The notes under the pieces were generated by a model. The model was not told the DNA's origin. It did no database searches and saw only the letters and a program-made list of their open reading frames with translations. Position numbers and translations under genes: made by a program. Below are positions 62,717 through 64,000 of a stretch of 64,000 nucleotides of DNA, piece after piece. Source of the DNA: an uncultured Chloroflexia bacterium (GTDB taxonomy: Bacteria > Chloroflexota > Limnocylindria > Limnocylindrales > CSP1-4); contig CAWFPC010000004.1 of NCBI GenBank assembly GCA_963817745.1, forward strand, positions 41,389 to 105,388, read 5' to 3'. The first letter of the stretch is position 1, and the number at the start of each line of letters is the position of its first letter.

Positions 62717-63742
62717 CGGACAACGGCAGGCGCACGCTCTGGCCGCTGGCCGCGGACCGCTCGGCGGCCTCCAGCCAGGACGTGGTCATGGCACCCTGCC
62801 GGCCGCTGACGAACGGGTCGCGTCCGGTCTCGATCGCCTCCATCAGGTCGCGCAGCTGCGACGCGTAGGCCTGGAGCCGGACCGTCGTCGTCGGGATCGA
62901 GCGAATCGAATGGCGTCTGCTCGAAGATCGTCTCCCAGCCGCCGGCGGGTGTCCCGAGGCGGACCGTCCCGTACGAAATCCATCTCGATGATCCCGTCCG
63001 ACCCGCTGATCAGCAGCTGCATCGCCGAGCCGAGGCTCGGTTCGGGCATCTCGTAGGACAGCCAGATCTGGACCATCGTCCCGTCGGCCAGCGTGTAATG
63101 GGCCATCGAGCTCTGGTCCTCGGGCGGGACGTCCGTGTACGTCCCGAACTGGGCGAAGGCGAGGGTCGCCTCCGAGCCCGTGAGCCAGCGCAGGATGTCG
63201 CAGGCATGGGCGCCCCAGTCGGTGTACGGGGAGACCTGCTTGCGGTCCGAGTTCCACGAGCCCGGGGCGATGTCCCAGCCGGCGTTCGGGCCGAACACCC
63301 GGATCATCCGGATCGTCCCGATCTTCCCGGCGTCGATGGCGGCTTTCGTCGCCATCGGTGCCCCGCGGTAGCGATGCTGCGAGACGACCGCGAGGCGGAC
63401 ACCCGCCGCGTCGGCCGCGGCGACCATCGCGTCGGCGTCGGCGCGGGTGTTGGTCATCGGCTTCTCGGTCATCGCGTGCTTGCCGTTGCGTGCCGCCGCC
63501 TCGACCCACGGCCGGTGGGTCGGCACCGGGGTCGCGATGACGACCGCGTCGATATCGTCGCGCTGGACGAGGTCCTCGGGCGCGACGGCCTCGGCACCGA
63601 ACTCGCCGGCGAGGTCGGCCGCGAGGTGCCCGCCACCGACGGCGACGAGCGTGGCCTCCGGGACGTGCCGGGCGATGACGCGCGCCCAGGTCTGGCCCAT
63701 GAAGCCCGACCCGATGACGCCGAAGCGAACGGGCGCGACCAT
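62706..63742 (-). pseudogene. Gfo/Idh/MocA-family NAD(P)-dependent oxidoreductase; two frame switches near 62950-62870
   Basis: Rossmann N-terminus VRFGVIGSGFMGQTWA...VVIATPVPTHRPW...GKHAMTEKP is in ORF 62843..63742. The C-terminus is in ORF 62706..63509, and a short bridge (SYGTVRLGTPAGGWETIFEQTPFDS) is in the third frame. Confidence 0.8.
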
Positions 63743-63744
63743 GG

Positions 63745-64000
63745 CTACGCGACCACCGGTGTCACGAGCGTGCCGAGGTCGCCGATCGTGCCGGTCATCA
63801 CGTCGCCGGCCTTGAGGTAGACGCCGGACGCGTCACCGGTGCCGTCGAGCGTGCCGCCGGCGATGACGTCGCCGGGCTCGAGGGTCATGAACCGCGACGC
63901 GAACGCGATGATCTCCTCGGGGCTGAAGATCATGTCCGAGGTCGAGCCGTGCTGCCACGTCTTGTCCCCGACCTTGAGGGTCATCTCGAGGTCGTTGGGG
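63745..64000 (-). CDS. fumarylacetoacetate hydrolase (FAH)-family protein, C-terminal part (the gene continues beyond the window)
   Basis: ...GSTSDMIFSPEEIIAFASRFMTLEPGDVIAGGT...GDVMTGTIGDLGTL is the conserved FAH-family C-terminus. The frame is open to the window edge. Confidence 0.75.
   Translation of the reverse strand, partial: PNDLEMTLKVGDKTWQHGSTSDMIFSPEEIIAFASRFMTLEPGDVIAGGTLDGTGDASGVYLKAGDVMTGTIGDLGTLVTPVVA

Noticed and set aside
61118-62870. The two Gfo/Idh/MocA 3'-end copies acting as a diversity-generating retroelement template/variable repeat pair.
   Set aside because: The mismatches are not adenine-specific. They are spread over all bases and are often synonymous or at third positions. 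No reverse transcriptase gene is present in the window.

Overview
This is a very GC-rich (by eye about 70%) bacterial chromosomal segment. It looks like a high-GC Gram-positive or Chloroflexi-like lineage, but I cannot resolve the taxon by eye. I can support about 70 genes, one tRNA, and no rRNA, CRISPR array, transposase, integrase or phage genes.

Gene content, left to right:
- MFS efflux pump, Rieske ferredoxin, LOG, ArsC/Spx-like protein, two ACT-domain proteins and xthA.
- A potADBC-type polyamine ABC transporter.
- A Rieske oxygenase with a GcvT-like aminomethyltransferase.
- A beta-CASP MBL hydrolase.
- An apparently fused heme A/heme O synthase (ctaA-ctaB).
- A pyrimidine operon split into two halves (pyrR-pyrB-pyrC and pyrK-araC-pyrD-pyrE). 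About 7 kb of unrelated genes lie between the halves: FAD amine-oxidase-like enzyme, cNMP-binding protein, PLP decarboxylase, YbaK-like protein, GNAT, and several unknowns.
- RlpA-like protein, an ECF sigma factor and a long anti-sigma factor.
- GalT-like protein, lipB, a PAS histidine kinase and a MarR regulator.
- tRNA-Gly(CCC).
- Two xanthine-dehydrogenase-family loci.
- D-aminoacylase, dhaKL and a PPOX-family protein.
- A sugar-acid or amino-sugar-like catabolic cluster: AstE-like, BNR/sialidase-like, SelA/DgaE-like, Gfo/Idh/MocA, HpcH aldolase, HD-domain and FAH-family proteins.

The dominant signal is not a new gene system. Roughly half of the genes, and the tRNA, can only be read by switching frame one or more times. 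These disruptions cluster in blocks that alternate with perfectly intact blocks. I interpret this mainly as consensus or assembly indels. I label these loci 'pseudogene' only in the literal sense that the frame is broken as given.

Secondary observations worth checking:
- The ctaA-ctaB fusion.
- The interrupted pyr operon, which has an AraC/DinB regulator inside it and a translationally coupled acidic repeat protein.
- A candidate PyrR leader.
- A diverged inverted copy of a Gfo/Idh/MocA 3' end flanking a two-gene cassette.
- A truncated permease abutting the tRNA.
- An in-frame TAG at a probable Trp codon.
- Several short operator-like repeats.

I found no convincing novel defence or mobile system.
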